The translations under genes and the position numbers were made by a program. A model generated the notes under the pieces. The model made no database searches, was not told the origin of the DNA, and saw only the letters and a list, made by a program, of their open reading frames with translations. From contig JBFHRE010000001.1 in NCBI GenBank assembly GCA_041591895.1, forward strand, positions 7,350 to 71,349: a stretch of DNA of 64,000 nt. The letters are read 5' to 3'. Source of the DNA: Acidimicrobiia bacterium. Lineage in GTDB: Bacteria; Actinomycetota; Acidimicrobiia; Spongiisociales; ZC4RG35. The first letter of the stretch is position 1. Every line of letters begins with the position of its first letter. Shown here piece by piece: positions 19,650 through 29,988 of this stretch.

Positions 19650-20422
19650 TGGACCCCCGCATTGCTGCCCGTCGGCGCAGCGTGGCCGAGCATCAGGCCC
19701 GGGGATCCCTCACCCGGGTCATATACGTGCTCGCATTCATGGCAGTCGTCGGATTGGGTGCCTGGCTGCTGTTTCGGGCACCGGTCTTCGCCATCGCCGA
19801 GATCAGCGTGGGTGGTGGACTGCGCGCTTCGATCGACGACGACCTCCGATCCCACGGCATCGAGGTAGGTCGGCCGATGGTCTCGGCTGATCTGAGTGCG
19901 GCGCTCGAAGCAGTCGAAGCGGACCCATGGGTGGTCCAGGCGACGATCGAGCGGAATTGGCCGGATGTGATCTCGGTGTCCGTAGTGGAGCGTACGCCGA
20001 CCGCCGAGGTCGCCTGTGCCGATGGGACCGTGCTGGCGGCGGTTGACGGAACGGTGCTTCCAACCGACGACCCGGGAGCGGAGGAGGTGGGCCGGATCTC
20101 GTTGCCTTCGGTGGCATGTGACCAGCTGTCGGAGGATCTCGGTGCCCGGATGGGACTCGAGTTCCTCGACGCGTTGCCAGACCGGATCTCCCGAGCGACC
20201 GAGATCGGGACGGGGGAAGAGGGCATCGTGGCGACGGTCGCCACCTATCTGGTCCGGCTGGGCTCGGCGGATGGGGGAGCGGAGAAGGCGAGAGCACTGG
20301 TGGCGGTTCTGGTCGACCCACCCGAACCTGGCTCGACCATCACCCTTGTCGCTCCTACCCGTCCGGCGGTGATGCCTCCCCAGGTGGATGCGACGACCAC
20401 GCCCGAGACGACAGAGAGCTGA
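19646..20422 (+). CDS. ftsQ: cell division protein FtsQ (POTRA domain)
   Basis: Single TM segment followed by a POTRA-like region. Position between murB and ftsZ. Confidence 0.8.
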   Translation: MMDPRIAARRRSVAEHQARGSLTRVIYVLAFMAVVGLGAWLLFRAPVFAIAEISVGGGLRASIDDDLRSHGIEVGRPMVSADLSAALEAVEADPWVVQATIERNWPDVISVSVVERTPTAEVACADGTVLAAVDGTVLPTDDPGAEEVGRISLPSVACDQLSEDLGARMGLEFLDALPDRISRATEIGTGEEGIVATVATYLVRLGSADGGAEKARALVAVLVDPPEPGSTITLVAPTRPAVMPPQVDATTTPETTES

Positions 20423-20643
20423 GGCGGCCTGCCTGCGGCTCCGGAACGTGGATCGGGGTGGTGGGGATGAGGCTGTCGGGACCTGGCCCTCAACTCTCAC
20501 CCTGTAGTTGAACCTCAGGGTTTTGGGGTTTACGCCCGGCTCAAGTTCGTGTAAAGGTTAAGGCTACCGGTCGACCGAGCGTCGTCGATGCGCGGCCCGG
20601 ATGAGAGATTCCAAGCAGACTCCCAAGCAGAGAGACAATCGAA

Positions 20644-21723
20644 ATGGCAACCAAAGCAGGCGGGTATCTCGCCGTCATCAAAGTGGTCGGGGTCGGTGGT
20701 GGCGGGGTCAATGCCATCAACCGGATGATCGAGGCCGGGGTGAGGGGGGTCGAGTTCATCGCTCTCAACACCGACGCCCAGGCCCTGCTGATGTCCGATG
20801 CCGACGTCAAGGTGGATCTCGGCCGGGACATCACCAGAGGACTCGGCGCCGGCGCCAATCCCGAAGTGGGGCGGGCGGCCGCCGAGGCGCACCGCCAGGA
20901 ACTCGAAGAGGTTCTGAAGGGTGCCGACATGGTCTTCATCACAGCCGGGGAAGGTGGCGGGACCGGGACCGGGGGCGCACCGATCGTCGCAGAGGCCGCC
21001 CGGGCGCTTGGAGCGCTGACCGTGGGTGTCGTGACGCGTCCGTTCGGGTTCGAGGGACGCCGCCGCGCCCTGCATGCCGAGCAGGGCATCCAGGCGTTGC
21101 GAGAAGCCGTCGACACGCTGATAGTCATCCCCAACGACCGCCTGCTCGAGATCGGCGATCCCAAGGCGCCGATGACCGAGACGTTTCGTCTCGCCGACGA
21201 CGTGCTTATGAGCGGTGTGGCCGGGATCACGAATCTCATCACCACCCCGGGGCTGATCAACGTCGACTTCGCCGATGTCAAGACGGTGATGTCGGACGCA
21301 GGCACGGCCGTCATGGGCATCGGGCGCGCGTCCGGGGACGAACGAGCCCAGCAGGCCGCCCAGCGAGCGATCTCTTCCCCGATGCTCGAGACCTCGATGG
21401 AAGGCGCTCGCGGCGTGCTGCTGTCCGTGGCCGGCCCCTCGAACATGACGCTCCATGAGGCGACCGCCGCCGCCCAAGTGGTTTCTCAGCATGCGGACGA
21501 CGAAGCCGACATCATCTTCGGTGCAACGGTCGACGATTCGCTCGGCGAGGAGATGCGAGTGACCGTTGTTGCCGCAGGGTTCGACAAGAAGCGTTCGACT
21601 CGTAACCCGCTCGGAACTTCGGCACCGGCCATGGGCTCCTCGACGCCCCGGCCGGTTTCCTCCCTGCGGCCGTCTGCGTCCGGGGACGATCCACTCGACA
21701 TTCCTCCCTTCGTACGAGGATGA
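20644..21723 (+). CDS. ftsZ: cell division GTPase FtsZ
   Basis: Tubulin signature GGGTGTG and N-terminal [18 protein letters not shown]. About 220-nt promoter region upstream. Confidence 0.97.
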   Translation: MATKAGGYLAVIKVVGVGGGGVNAINRMIEAGVRGVEFIALNTDAQALLMSDADVKVDLGRDITRGLGAGANPEVGRAAAEAHRQELEEVLKGADMVFITAGEGGGTGTGGAPIVAEAARALGALTVGVVTRPFGFEGRRRALHAEQGIQALREAVDTLIVIPNDRLLEIGDPKAPMTETFRLADDVLMSGVAGITNLITTPGLINVDFADVKTVMSDAGTAVMGIGRASGDERAQQAAQRAISSPMLETSMEGARGVLLSVAGPSNMTLHEATAAAQVVSQHADDEADIIFGATVDDSLGEEMRVTVVAAGFDKKRSTRNPLGTSAPAMGSSTPRPVSSLRPSASGDDPLDIPPFVRG

Positions 21724-22337
21724 TCCGGGTCCGGTCGGCGCTGTTCACCGAAGCAGCCGACGGGGACCTGAGGTCGGCGGCGGATGCTCGGAAGGCGGTG
21801 GCATTGGCGGCCGGAATCCCAGCCTCCTGGGCCGAGCTCCGCCAGGTGCACGGCGCCGACGTAAAGAGGGTCGAAGGCCCGGGTCACTTCGGAGAGGGCG
21901 ATGCCCTGTGGACGACAGATCCCGAAGTACCTCTCGCGGTGTTCACAGCGGATTGTGCCGGAGTCGTGCTGGTGGCGAAGGGTGCAGTGGGCGTTGCTCA
22001 TGCCGGATGGCGGGGAGCGGTTGCCGGAGTGGTGCCGGCGCTGGTAGACGTCATGCGGACGGCTGGACATGCTCCAATCAGGGCGATTGTCGGCCCGTTG
22101 ATCGCACCCTGCTGCTTTGAGGTCGGTCCCGAGGTGGCGGATCTGTTTCCCGGTCGAACCGCTGTCACCACCTGGGGCACTACGTCGGTCGATCTCCGGG
22201 GGGTCATCGCCGACCAACTCGAGTCGACGCCGGTGGAATTCCTCCCGGGGTGTACCCGCCACGAGATGCGGTGGCTGTCGCACCGTCGGGACCGAACCGA
22301 TTCCCGAATGGCGACCGTGGGGTGGATGGAGCAATGA
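21720..22337 (+). CDS. pgeF: peptidoglycan editing factor PgeF / YfiH (laccase-domain, DUF152)
   Basis: Motifs QVHG and TADCAGVVL plus a C-terminal HR motif. Conserved position after ftsZ. Confidence 0.85.
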   Translation: MIRVRSALFTEAADGDLRSAADARKAVALAAGIPASWAELRQVHGADVKRVEGPGHFGEGDALWTTDPEVPLAVFTADCAGVVLVAKGAVGVAHAGWRGAVAGVVPALVDVMRTAGHAPIRAIVGPLIAPCCFEVGPEVADLFPGRTAVTTWGTTSVDLRGVIADQLESTPVEFLPGCTRHEMRWLSHRRDRTDSRMATVGWMEQ

Positions 22338-22981
22338 GTTACAGGTCGGTGATGGAACGGGTCGAACGGTCGATCGACGCCGCCGCCGGCTGGCGTGACC
22401 AGGTCACAGTGGTGGCGGTCTCGAAGGGTCGGTCGGTCGGGGAGATCAGGGCGCTGTACGACCTGGGGCACCGCGACTTCGGCGAGAACCGAGCCCAGGA
22501 GTTGGTGGCCAAGGTCCCGGAATGCCCGGACGACATCCGGTGGCATTTCGTCGGGCCTCTGCAGTCGAACAAGGTGCGTCTGGTTCGGCCGGTCGCCCAC
22601 CTCCTTCACTCGATGGACCGGGTGGATCTGGGCAGAGTGTGGATGAAAGGCCCCGGCCGCCCGCCTTCGGCCCTGCTTCAGGTCAACATCGGCCGGGAGC
22701 CGCAGAAGAGCGGGGTGGATCCGGACGAGGTGGACGGAACGATCCGACAATTGGGAGCCCTGGGAGTGAATCTGGTCGGGCTGATGGCGATCCCACCGGT
22801 GGCTGAGGATCCAGCGCTCGTGCGGCCGTACTTCGACCACCTGCGGGCCCTCCGCGACCGGCTGTCATCCGCACACCCGGCCCTCCAGGAGCTGTCCATG
22901 GGGATGTCGGACGATTTCGAAGTGGCGATAGCCGCCGGTTCGACGATTATTCGCGTCGGTCGGGCTATCTTTGGGGACTGA
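22334..22981 (+). CDS. yggS: PLP homeostasis protein YggS (alanine racemase-fold, YlmE)
   Basis: ATGA overlap with pgeF. Motifs AVSKGRSV and GENRAQE. Confidence 0.85.
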   Translation: MSYRSVMERVERSIDAAAGWRDQVTVVAVSKGRSVGEIRALYDLGHRDFGENRAQELVAKVPECPDDIRWHFVGPLQSNKVRLVRPVAHLLHSMDRVDLGRVWMKGPGRPPSALLQVNIGREPQKSGVDPDEVDGTIRQLGALGVNLVGLMAIPPVAEDPALVRPYFDHLRALRDRLSSAHPALQELSMGMSDDFEVAIAAGSTIIRVGRAIFGD

Positions 22982-22982
22982 C

Positions 22983-23495
22983 ATGTCTTCACTTTTTTCC
23001 AAAGCGCTCCTGTACCTGGGCCTCGTCGACGAGGAATCGGGCTTCGACAACGCCGAGGCCGGCTCTCCCCAGTCCCCGGTCGAGTCGGAGGCGAGGAGGA
23101 ACCGACCGATCGAGCCGGAAGGACGCCGGGTCGAACCGCCGGCGGCGACATCCAGGACCTCGGCGCCTCGTGGCGAGTCTCTGGCGGGAGTGCGCACCAT
23201 CCGGCCCGCCGCCCAGACTGACATCCTCGTGGTCGAGGAGTTCACCGATGCTCGACTACTCGCCGATCGGGTGCGCGATCACATTCCAGTAGTGGTCGAC
23301 CTCCGGATGGCGGACACCGAGCTCGGAAGGCGAGTGATCGATTTCTCCTCCGGCCTCATCTACGCCCTCGACGGGAAGATGAAGAAGGTGGGCGATGCGC
23401 TCGTGCTGGTCACTCCTCGAGGCGTGGACATCTCTCGTGAGGAGAAGGAGCGGCTGACGAGGCTCGGGGCGTACGAGATCGACCTCGACTCCTGA
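22983..23495 (+). CDS. sepF: cell division protein SepF
   Basis: N-terminal MSSLFSKALLYLGLVD and a conserved C-terminal SepF domain. Confidence 0.85.
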   Translation: MSSLFSKALLYLGLVDEESGFDNAEAGSPQSPVESEARRNRPIEPEGRRVEPPAATSRTSAPRGESLAGVRTIRPAAQTDILVVEEFTDARLLADRVRDHIPVVVDLRMADTELGRRVIDFSSGLIYALDGKMKKVGDALVLVTPRGVDISREEKERLTRLGAYEIDLDS

Positions 23496-23497
23496 AC

Positions 23498-23752
23498 ATG
23501 GGTCGGACCCTCTACGGCTATCTCTGCATCGGGCTCAACCTCTACGCACTGGCGCTCTTTGCCTGGGTGATCCTGTCATGGGTGCGGGTCTCCTCCACCC
23601 ACCCCCTGGCCCGGCTCCAGGTGATGCTCGATCGCATCGTTTACCCGGTCGTTCTCCCGATTCGCAGGTATGTTCCGCCCCTTCGGATCGGCGGCGTGGC
23701 GCTGGATCTGTCGGTGATTCTGGTTTTCATCCTGATCCGGGTCATCTGCTGA
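23498..23752 (+). CDS. YggT family membrane protein (YlmG)
   Basis: 84-aa protein with two TM helices, in the conserved position after sepF. Confidence 0.8.
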   Translation: MGRTLYGYLCIGLNLYALALFAWVILSWVRVSSTHPLARLQVMLDRIVYPVVLPIRRYVPPLRIGGVALDLSVILVFILIRVIC

Positions 23753-23811
23753 TGCTTGGCCGTATCGTCGACGATACTTAACCTGAACGGATCACAACCC
23801 CGAGGTAGGCC

Positions 23812-24645
23812 ATGCCACTGACTCCAATCGATGTCCAACAAAAGACGTTCGTGACGACGTTTCGCGGGTATGACCTCGACGAGGTCGACGATTTCCTCGA
23901 CGAGGTCGTCACATCCCTCAAGGACTATGAGCAGCGACTCCACGACGCACAGCAGCGAATCGCGATCCTCGAGGCACAGGCGCAGGGTCGGGGCGATTCG
24001 GAGGCAGCTATCTCCCGGGCTCTGGTGTCGGCCCAGCGGTCGGCCGACCTGATCGTGGGAGACGCGAAATCGGAGGCGGAACGAATCCTCGCCGGCGCCC
24101 GGCTCGATGCCAGGTCGCTCGAGTCCGAGCGCGACAAGGAGCGTGCCCGCCTCGAAGGCGAGATGTCGGAAATGCGCAACATCGTTGCCGAACTGAAGGA
24201 GCGAATCGCCGCGCTGGCAGGGCCGATGGCGGAGGACGCAGACACGATGATGACCGCTGTTGACGCCGCCGACCAGGCGATGGCGGTGGCCGGCGCCGAG
24301 GTGGCCGACTCCGTGGTCATCGGGGCCGAATTGGGCCATGAGGACCACGATTCCGACCTCAGCGCAGATCATGAGCTCGCCGATCGCCCACTGGCGGACG
24401 AAGAGGTGGGCGAGCCCGAGATCGAGTTCATCGACGTCACATCCGATGAGCAGTCCGCCGAGTCCGGGGGGCACGAGATCACGGACGACGAGTCGTTGGA
24501 CGATGATCTGGAAGATGAAGACGCGGCTTCCACGAGACCGGCCTCTCTCGGCTGGGAAGTGGCCCGGGATCCCAAGGTCGAAGACGCAATCGAGGAGCTG
24601 CCTGGCCTGCACGAGCGGGTCCCCCGACCGTGGGAAGACGTCTGA
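23812..24645 (+). CDS. divIVA: DivIVA domain protein (Wag31-like)
   Basis: N-terminal DivIVA motif PLTPIDVQQKTFVTTFRGYDLDEVDDFLDEV followed by coiled coil. Confidence 0.85.
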   Translation: MPLTPIDVQQKTFVTTFRGYDLDEVDDFLDEVVTSLKDYEQRLHDAQQRIAILEAQAQGRGDSEAAISRALVSAQRSADLIVGDAKSEAERILAGARLDARSLESERDKERARLEGEMSEMRNIVAELKERIAALAGPMAEDADTMMTAVDAADQAMAVAGAEVADSVVIGAELGHEDHDSDLSADHELADRPLADEEVGEPEIEFIDVTSDEQSAESGGHEITDDESLDDDLEDEDAASTRPASLGWEVARDPKVEDAIEELPGLHERVPRPWEDV

Positions 24646-24649
24646 CCGG

Positions 24650-27600
24650 TCAGACCCTGCTGATGGCGAGGCCGAACGCCAGCCCGTCGATCTCGTAGGC
24701 GGCCACCAGGTCGTCGGGCACGAACTCCTCCGCCAGCACCTCCGCCGAGATGGTGTCGGCGTGCCGTTCGATCACCCGAGAGAGCGCGGACTCGGTGGTC
24801 GACCAGCGCACGCGGATCCGATCGCTCACAGCGAGGTCGGCATCCTTGCGGAGGTTCTGGATCACCGAGACGATCTCGCGGGCCCGGCCCTCGTCGACGA
24901 GGTCGTCGGTGAGAGTCGTGTCGAGAGCAACTCCGATGTCACCCGCCGTCTCCACGACGGTTCCCTCCCGAGCGCTGCGTGAGACGATCACATCGTCGAT
25001 CGTCAGCGGCTCTCCGGCGACTTCGAGCGTCGCCCCGTCGAGCAACCGCTCCAGCTCCTCGTTCCCGAGGTCTTCGACTGCCGCGGCCACCACCTTCATT
25101 CGCGGACCGAGTCTCGGCCCGAGCTTGCGGAAGTCGCATTTGGCCGACAGATCGACCAGGGCGGACTCATCGGCCTGGGTGATCACGTGACGGACGTTCA
25201 GCTCGTCTGCGATGAGCTGTTGATGGCTCATCACGACAGCAGGCACCGTCGGGTCGTGGCTCAGGACGACGGCTCGCTCGAGCGGTTGCCGGACCTTGAG
25301 GTTGTGGCGTTTTCTCAGAGAGTGTCCGAGCTGGACGACCGTTCTGACCGTGTCGATCGCCGCCTCGAGGTCTCGGTCTATGAGGGACTCGTCGGCGGCG
25401 GGGAAGTCGCAGTGATGGACGCTCTTCGGAGCGGCCGGATCATGGGCGGCCACGAGATCCTGGTACAGGCGTTCGGTGATGAACGGCAGGACCGGTGCGA
25501 GGACCTTCGCAAACGTCGTCAGAACCTCGTAGAGGGTGGCAAAGGCCGACATCTTGTCGGCGTCGTCGCTGCCCCGGGCGCTCCAGAAGCGTCGGCGTGA
25601 CCGCCGCACGTACCAGTTGGTGAGGTCGTCGATGAATGACAGTGTCGGGGGTACGACGTCGTAGAGGTAGTACCCCTCCATCCGACTGTTGATCTCTTCG
25701 ATCAACGACTGGAGGACCGAGAGGATCCAGCGATCGAGTTCGGGGCGATCACCGGGCGCCGGGGCACTCCGGATGTCGTCGAGGGTGATCGAATCGGCCT
25801 CGGCGTAGGTGGTGAAGAAGCTGTAGGTGTTCCAGAGGGGGAGAAGCACAGACCGAACGACGTGGCGGACGCCCTCCTCCGAGAATCGAAGTGGCTCGGC
25901 GCGGAGCACCGGTGAATTGATGAGGAACGCCCGCAGCGCGTCGGCGCCATGGGAGTCGAACACCTCGGCCGGATCGGGATAGTTGCGCAGCGACTTGGAC
26001 ATCTTTCGGCCGTCTTCGGCCAGCACCAGGCCGTTCACGACACAGTTGCGGAACGCCGGCTCGTCGAAGAGGGCTGCCGAGAGCACATGCAGCGTGTAGA
26101 ACCATCCCCGGGTCTGGTCGAGTCCTTCTGCGATGAACTGGGCCGGAAACGAGCTCTCGAACCGGTCCTTGTTGTCGAACGGGTAATGGATCTGGGCGTA
26201 GGGCATCGAGCCCGACTCGAACCAGCAGTCGAGGACCTCGGGAGTGCGGCGCATGGTCCCGTCACAGGAGACGCATGGCCATGTCACCGGATCGACCACG
26301 TGTTTGTGGAGGTCGTCCACCCGGGCTCCGGAGCGCTGTTCGAGTTCGTCGAGCGACCCGATGCAGACCGTTTCGTCGCATGCGTCACATATCCATACCG
26401 GGATGCAGGATCCCCAGTAGCGGTTGCGGCTGATGGCCCAGTCGCGGGCATCTGCGAGCCAGTTCCCGAATCGCTTGTCGCCGACGTACTCGGGCACCCA
26501 ATGGATCTGCTGGTTCAACTCGACCATCCGATCCCGGAAGGATTCGACGTTGACGAACCAGGTCGGGATCGCCTTGTACATCAGCGGCGTTCCGGTCCGG
26601 TAACAGAACGGATAGGGGTGACGGATGCGTTCGTTGCGGACGATGAGGCCCTTCTCCGTCAGCAACTCGAGGAGGATCTTGTCGGCCGCCTTGATGTTCA
26701 ACCCGGCGACCTCGGGTACCGCGTCGGTGAAGTTGCCTCCAAGGTCGACGGGATCCACCAGCACATCGAGGCCGGCGGCCTGAAGGGCGATGAAGTCGGC
26801 CTCGCCATAGGCCGGCGCCATGTGGACGAGTCCGGTTCCTTCTTCGGTGGTCACGTCGTCGGAGTCGATCACCCGGAAGGCTCCTCGGTCCCGCTCGCCG
26901 CCGAAGTAGTCGAACGGCGGCACATACGACGTGCCGAGGAGATCGCGGCCGACGGCTCGTTCGATGACTCTGGATTCGTCGATCCCGTAGGCTCCGAGTC
27001 GGGAGACCGCCAGCCAGTGCCGTTCCGAGCCGACCACGACGGCCGCGTACTCGATCTCCGAGCCGACGGCCACGGCCAGGTTCCCGGGCAGGGTCCAGGG
27101 AGTGGTCGTCCAGATGAGCAGGTGGTCACCCGCCCGGGTCGGGCCGCTTCCATCCACCACTTCCAGCTTCACGGTGATCGCCGGGTCGTCGACGTCCTTG
27201 TAGCCACCGAGGTTGACCTCGAAGTTCGACAGCGGCGTGGTTGCACCCCATGAGTACGGAAGCACCTTGAAGTCGCGGTAGATGAGCCCCTTGTCCCACA
27301 GGCGCTTGAAGACCCACCACACCGACTCCATGAAGTCGGGGTCCATGGTCTTGTAGTCGTTGTCCATGTCGACCCAGCGGCCGACGCGGCGCACCATCGT
27401 CGCCCACTCCTCGGCGGTGTTCTCGACCAGGGCCCGGCAAGCCTCGTTGAAGCGGCCGATCCCAAAGTCGGCGATTTGTTGCGGGCCCGAGATCCCGAGT
27501 TCCTTCTCGACTTCCATCTCGACCGGAAGGCCGTGTGTGTCCCAGCCGAATCGTCGCTCTACCCGGTATCCCCGCATGGTCCAGTAGCGAGGGACCACGT

Positions 27601-27802
27601 CCTTGATGACGCCGGCAAGGATGTGGCCGTAGTGGGGGCTCCCGTTGGCGAATGGTGGTCCGTCGTAGAACACGTACTCGTTGTCGGCGGAGCGCATTCG
27701 AACCGACTCTGCGAAGGCATCCATCGAGTCCCAGAGGTCCAGCACCTCGAGTTCGAGGGCCGGGAGATCGACCTTCGGATCGACGCGGCGGAAATCGGAC
27801 AA
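24650..27802 (-). CDS. ileS: isoleucine--tRNA ligase IleS (type 2); start uncertain
   Basis: HIGH motif (GPPFANGSPHYGHILAG) and KMSKS motif. The ORF extends to 28018, but N-terminal homology begins near LPALELEVLDLWD. A TTG at 27802 with GGAG six nt upstream is the favoured start. Confidence 0.85.
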   Translation of the reverse strand: MSDFRRVDPKVDLPALELEVLDLWDSMDAFAESVRMRSADNEYVFYDGPPFANGSPHYGHILAGVIKDVVPRYWTMRGYRVERRFGWDTHGLPVEMEVEKELGISGPQQIADFGIGRFNEACRALVENTAEEWATMVRRVGRWVDMDNDYKTMDPDFMESVWWVFKRLWDKGLIYRDFKVLPYSWGATTPLSNFEVNLGGYKDVDDPAITVKLEVVDGSGPTRAGDHLLIWTTTPWTLPGNLAVAVGSEIEYAAVVVGSERHWLAVSRLGAYGIDESRVIERAVGRDLLGTSYVPPFDYFGGERDRGAFRVIDSDDVTTEEGTGLVHMAPAYGEADFIALQAAGLDVLVDPVDLGGNFTDAVPEVAGLNIKAADKILLELLTEKGLIVRNERIRHPYPFCYRTGTPLMYKAIPTWFVNVESFRDRMVELNQQIHWVPEYVGDKRFGNWLADARDWAISRNRYWGSCIPVWICDACDETVCIGSLDELEQRSGARVDDLHKHVVDPVTWPCVSCDGTMRRTPEVLDCWFESGSMPYAQIHYPFDNKDRFESSFPAQFIAEGLDQTRGWFYTLHVLSAALFDEPAFRNCVVNGLVLAEDGRKMSKSLRNYPDPAEVFDSHGADALRAFLINSPVLRAEPLRFSEEGVRHVVRSVLLPLWNTYSFFTTYAEADSITLDDIRSAPAPGDRPELDRWILSVLQSLIEEINSRMEGYYLYDVVPPTLSFIDDLTNWYVRRSRRRFWSARGSDDADKMSAFATLYEVLTTFAKVLAPVLPFITERLYQDLVAAHDPAAPKSVHHCDFPAADESLIDRDLEAAIDTVRTVVQLGHSLRKRHNLKVRQPLERAVVLSHDPTVPAVVMSHQQLIADELNVRHVITQADESALVDLSAKCDFRKLGPRLGPRMKVVAAAVEDLGNEELERLLDGATLEVAGEPLTIDDVIVSRSAREGTVVETAGDIGVALDTTLTDDLVDEGRAREIVSVIQNLRKDADLAVSDRIRVRWSTTESALSRVIERHADTISAEVLAEEFVPDDLVAAYEIDGLAFGLAISRV

Positions 27803-27883
27803 GAGCAGCTCCAAACTGGACGGCGGGGAATGGTAACGAGCTCCCCGTTGGGGGCCGGATTGTATTTCGTGCACAATCGACCG

Positions 27884-28168
27884 ATGCCGACATGGCTCAG
27901 CGACGAAGAAGGTGCGGTGCTGCTCACACTGTGGGTAGTCCCAGGAGCATCGCGAACCGAGATCGCCGGTGCCCATGGGAGGGCATTGAAAGTCCGGGTC
28001 GCGGCGGCGCCGGAGCATGGGCGAGCCAATCGGGCCCTGATCGCGTTCTTGGAAGAACGGTTGAGGCCCGCACGTGTCGAACTGTCGTCCGGCCTATCGG
28101 TGCGGTCGAAGATGGCCACCGTAACGGGAATGGAATCGGGCGAAGTCGAGCGTCGGCTGTCCATGTAG
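27884..28168 (+). CDS. DUF167 (YggU) family protein
   Basis: ATG at 27884. 94-aa protein with motifs LWVVPGASRTEI and ANRALIAFL, characteristic of DUF167. Confidence 0.6.
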   Translation: MPTWLSDEEGAVLLTLWVVPGASRTEIAGAHGRALKVRVAAAPEHGRANRALIAFLEERLRPARVELSSGLSVRSKMATVTGMESGEVERRLSM

Positions 28169-28214
28169 ACGCAGTGGGCTGTTATCGTGCGGCGCCGCCT
28201 GAAGGGAGGGCGAG

Positions 28215-28586
28215 ATGGCCAGGTTGTTGGCAAAGACAACGCTCAACAAGTTCAAGACCCAGCTCGACGAGGAGCGCCAGCGCCTCACAGAACTCATCGC
28301 CGAACACGAGCAGGAGCGGGAAGAGGCGCGTCAGTCCGAGACGTCGGCCGATCGCAGCCCCGATCCGGGGAGTGCCGACGCAGGGTCGATGAAGTTCGAG
28401 TACGAGAAAGAGCTGTCGATCGAGAAAAACCTCCAAGACCTGCTCCACAAGGTGGAGCACGCGCTCGTTCGGGTGGAGCAGGGCACCTACGGGGTTTGCG
28501 AGAGCTGCGGAGACGCAATCCCGGTGGCGAGGCTGGAGGTCCTGCCTTACGCCACGTTCTGCGTCTCGTGCGCCCAGAAGAACTGA
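28215..28586 (+). CDS. DksA/TraR family C4-type zinc finger protein
   Basis: C-terminal CESCGDAI...FCVSC zinc-finger motif with a coiled-coil N-terminus. Conserved upstream of lspA in actinobacteria. Confidence 0.8.
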   Translation: MARLLAKTTLNKFKTQLDEERQRLTELIAEHEQEREEARQSETSADRSPDPGSADAGSMKFEYEKELSIEKNLQDLLHKVEHALVRVEQGTYGVCESCGDAIPVARLEVLPYATFCVSCAQKN

Positions 28587-28600
28587 GCCCGCCGGCCGCG

Positions 28601-29089
28601 ATGCCCCCATGGGGCGGGAGAGCGGGAGTCGCTCTGGCCGTCGTCGTGGCGACGGTCGGCGTCGTTCTCGACCTCGTGACGAAGCGGTTGTCGGCGATCC
28701 ATTTCGTCGACCGGCCCATCGAGATCATCCCGGGCGTTCTCACGTTCACGTACGGCGAGAACCCCGGAGCCGCATTCTCGATGTTCCAGGACGGGGGTAC
28801 CCTGTTGGGCGTGGCCGCGCTCGTGGCTGTTGGCGTGATTCTCTGGTCTGTGCGCCAGCCACGACCGACGCTCGAGGTGGTAGGACTCGGATTGATCATG
28901 GGTGGGGCAGTCGGAAACCTCGTGGATCGGATCGCCCGCGGCGAGGGTCTGCTCGACGGCCACGTGATCGATTGGATCCAATTCCCCAACTTCCCGGTGT
29001 TCAACCTGGCCGACTCTGGAATCACTGTCGGTGTCGTACTGATGATCATCGCCGCCTGGCAGGCCTCGAGACAGGCAGAACGAGGGTGA
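28601..29089 (+). CDS. lspA: lipoprotein signal peptidase II LspA
   Basis: ATG at 28601. Four TM helices and the conserved FNLAD motif. Confidence 0.85.
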   Translation: MPPWGGRAGVALAVVVATVGVVLDLVTKRLSAIHFVDRPIEIIPGVLTFTYGENPGAAFSMFQDGGTLLGVAALVAVGVILWSVRQPRPTLEVVGLGLIMGGAVGNLVDRIARGEGLLDGHVIDWIQFPNFPVFNLADSGITVGVVLMIIAAWQASRQAERG

Positions 29090-29982
29090 AAACCGCCACC
29101 GTGCCCTCCGATCTCGACGGCGAACGCGCCGATCGCGTGCTTTCCGTGTTGGCGGGCGTCAGCCGCGCCGCAGCCCGCTCCATGGTCGTCGGCGGTCACG
29201 TCAGCGCCGACGGACTGGTTGTGGCGCCGAAGACCAAATTGAAGGAAGGGGCGCTGCTCGTGTACCCGGAGCCGGAGGCGGAGGCTGCCCTCCAGCCCGA
29301 GCCGGTCGATTTCGGTGTTGCCTACGAGGACGAATGGCTGATTGTGGTCGACAAACCGCCAGGCCTGGTTGTCCACCCGGGAGCCGGCCGCAGGAGCGGC
29401 ACCCTCGCCTCCGGTCTTCTCCACGCCTACCCCGACCTCGAAGGTGTCGGGGACTCCGGGCGGTGGGGAATCGTCCACCGGCTGGATCGGGACACGTCTG
29501 GCCTCATGATCGTGGCTCGAACGCCGGAGGTGCACACGAGCCTGACTCGGGCTCTCGCTCGCCGCCGGATCGAGCGTCTCTATTGGGCGCTCGTCATCGG
29601 GGTGATCGACATGAAGAACGGGACGATCGATGCGCCGATCGGGACCGACCCGGTCGACCGCCGCAAACGCAAGGTCACGGTCGGCGGACGTCCGGCTCGA
29701 ACCCACTATCGGGTGGTCGAGCGTTTCGATGATGTGACCCTCCTCCAGGTTCGGCTCGAGACAGGGCGCACCCACCAGATCAGAGTTCACCTGGCGGCGA
29801 TCGAACATCCAGTGCTCGGCGACCCCTGGTACGGCCGCCCGTGGCGGGTGGAGGCACCCCGTGTGTTTCTCCATGCCGGAACGCTCCGATTCGACCATCC
29901 GGTCACCGGTGACCCGCTGGAGGTGAACTCGCCTCTTGCGGGAGATCTCCAGGGGGTCCTCGATTCGCTCCAGGGCAACTGA
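29086..29982 (+). CDS. rluD: 23S rRNA pseudouridine synthase RluD (RluA family)
   Basis: GTGA overlap with lspA. S4-like N-terminus. Catalytic motifs HRLDRDTSGL and GRTHQIR. Confidence 0.85.
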   Translation: MKTATVPSDLDGERADRVLSVLAGVSRAAARSMVVGGHVSADGLVVAPKTKLKEGALLVYPEPEAEAALQPEPVDFGVAYEDEWLIVVDKPPGLVVHPGAGRRSGTLASGLLHAYPDLEGVGDSGRWGIVHRLDRDTSGLMIVARTPEVHTSLTRALARRRIERLYWALVIGVIDMKNGTIDAPIGTDPVDRRKRKVTVGGRPARTHYRVVERFDDVTLLQVRLETGRTHQIRVHLAAIEHPVLGDPWYGRPWRVEAPRVFLHAGTLRFDHPVTGDPLEVNSPLAGDLQGVLDSLQGN

Positions 29983-29988
29983 CAGCGC

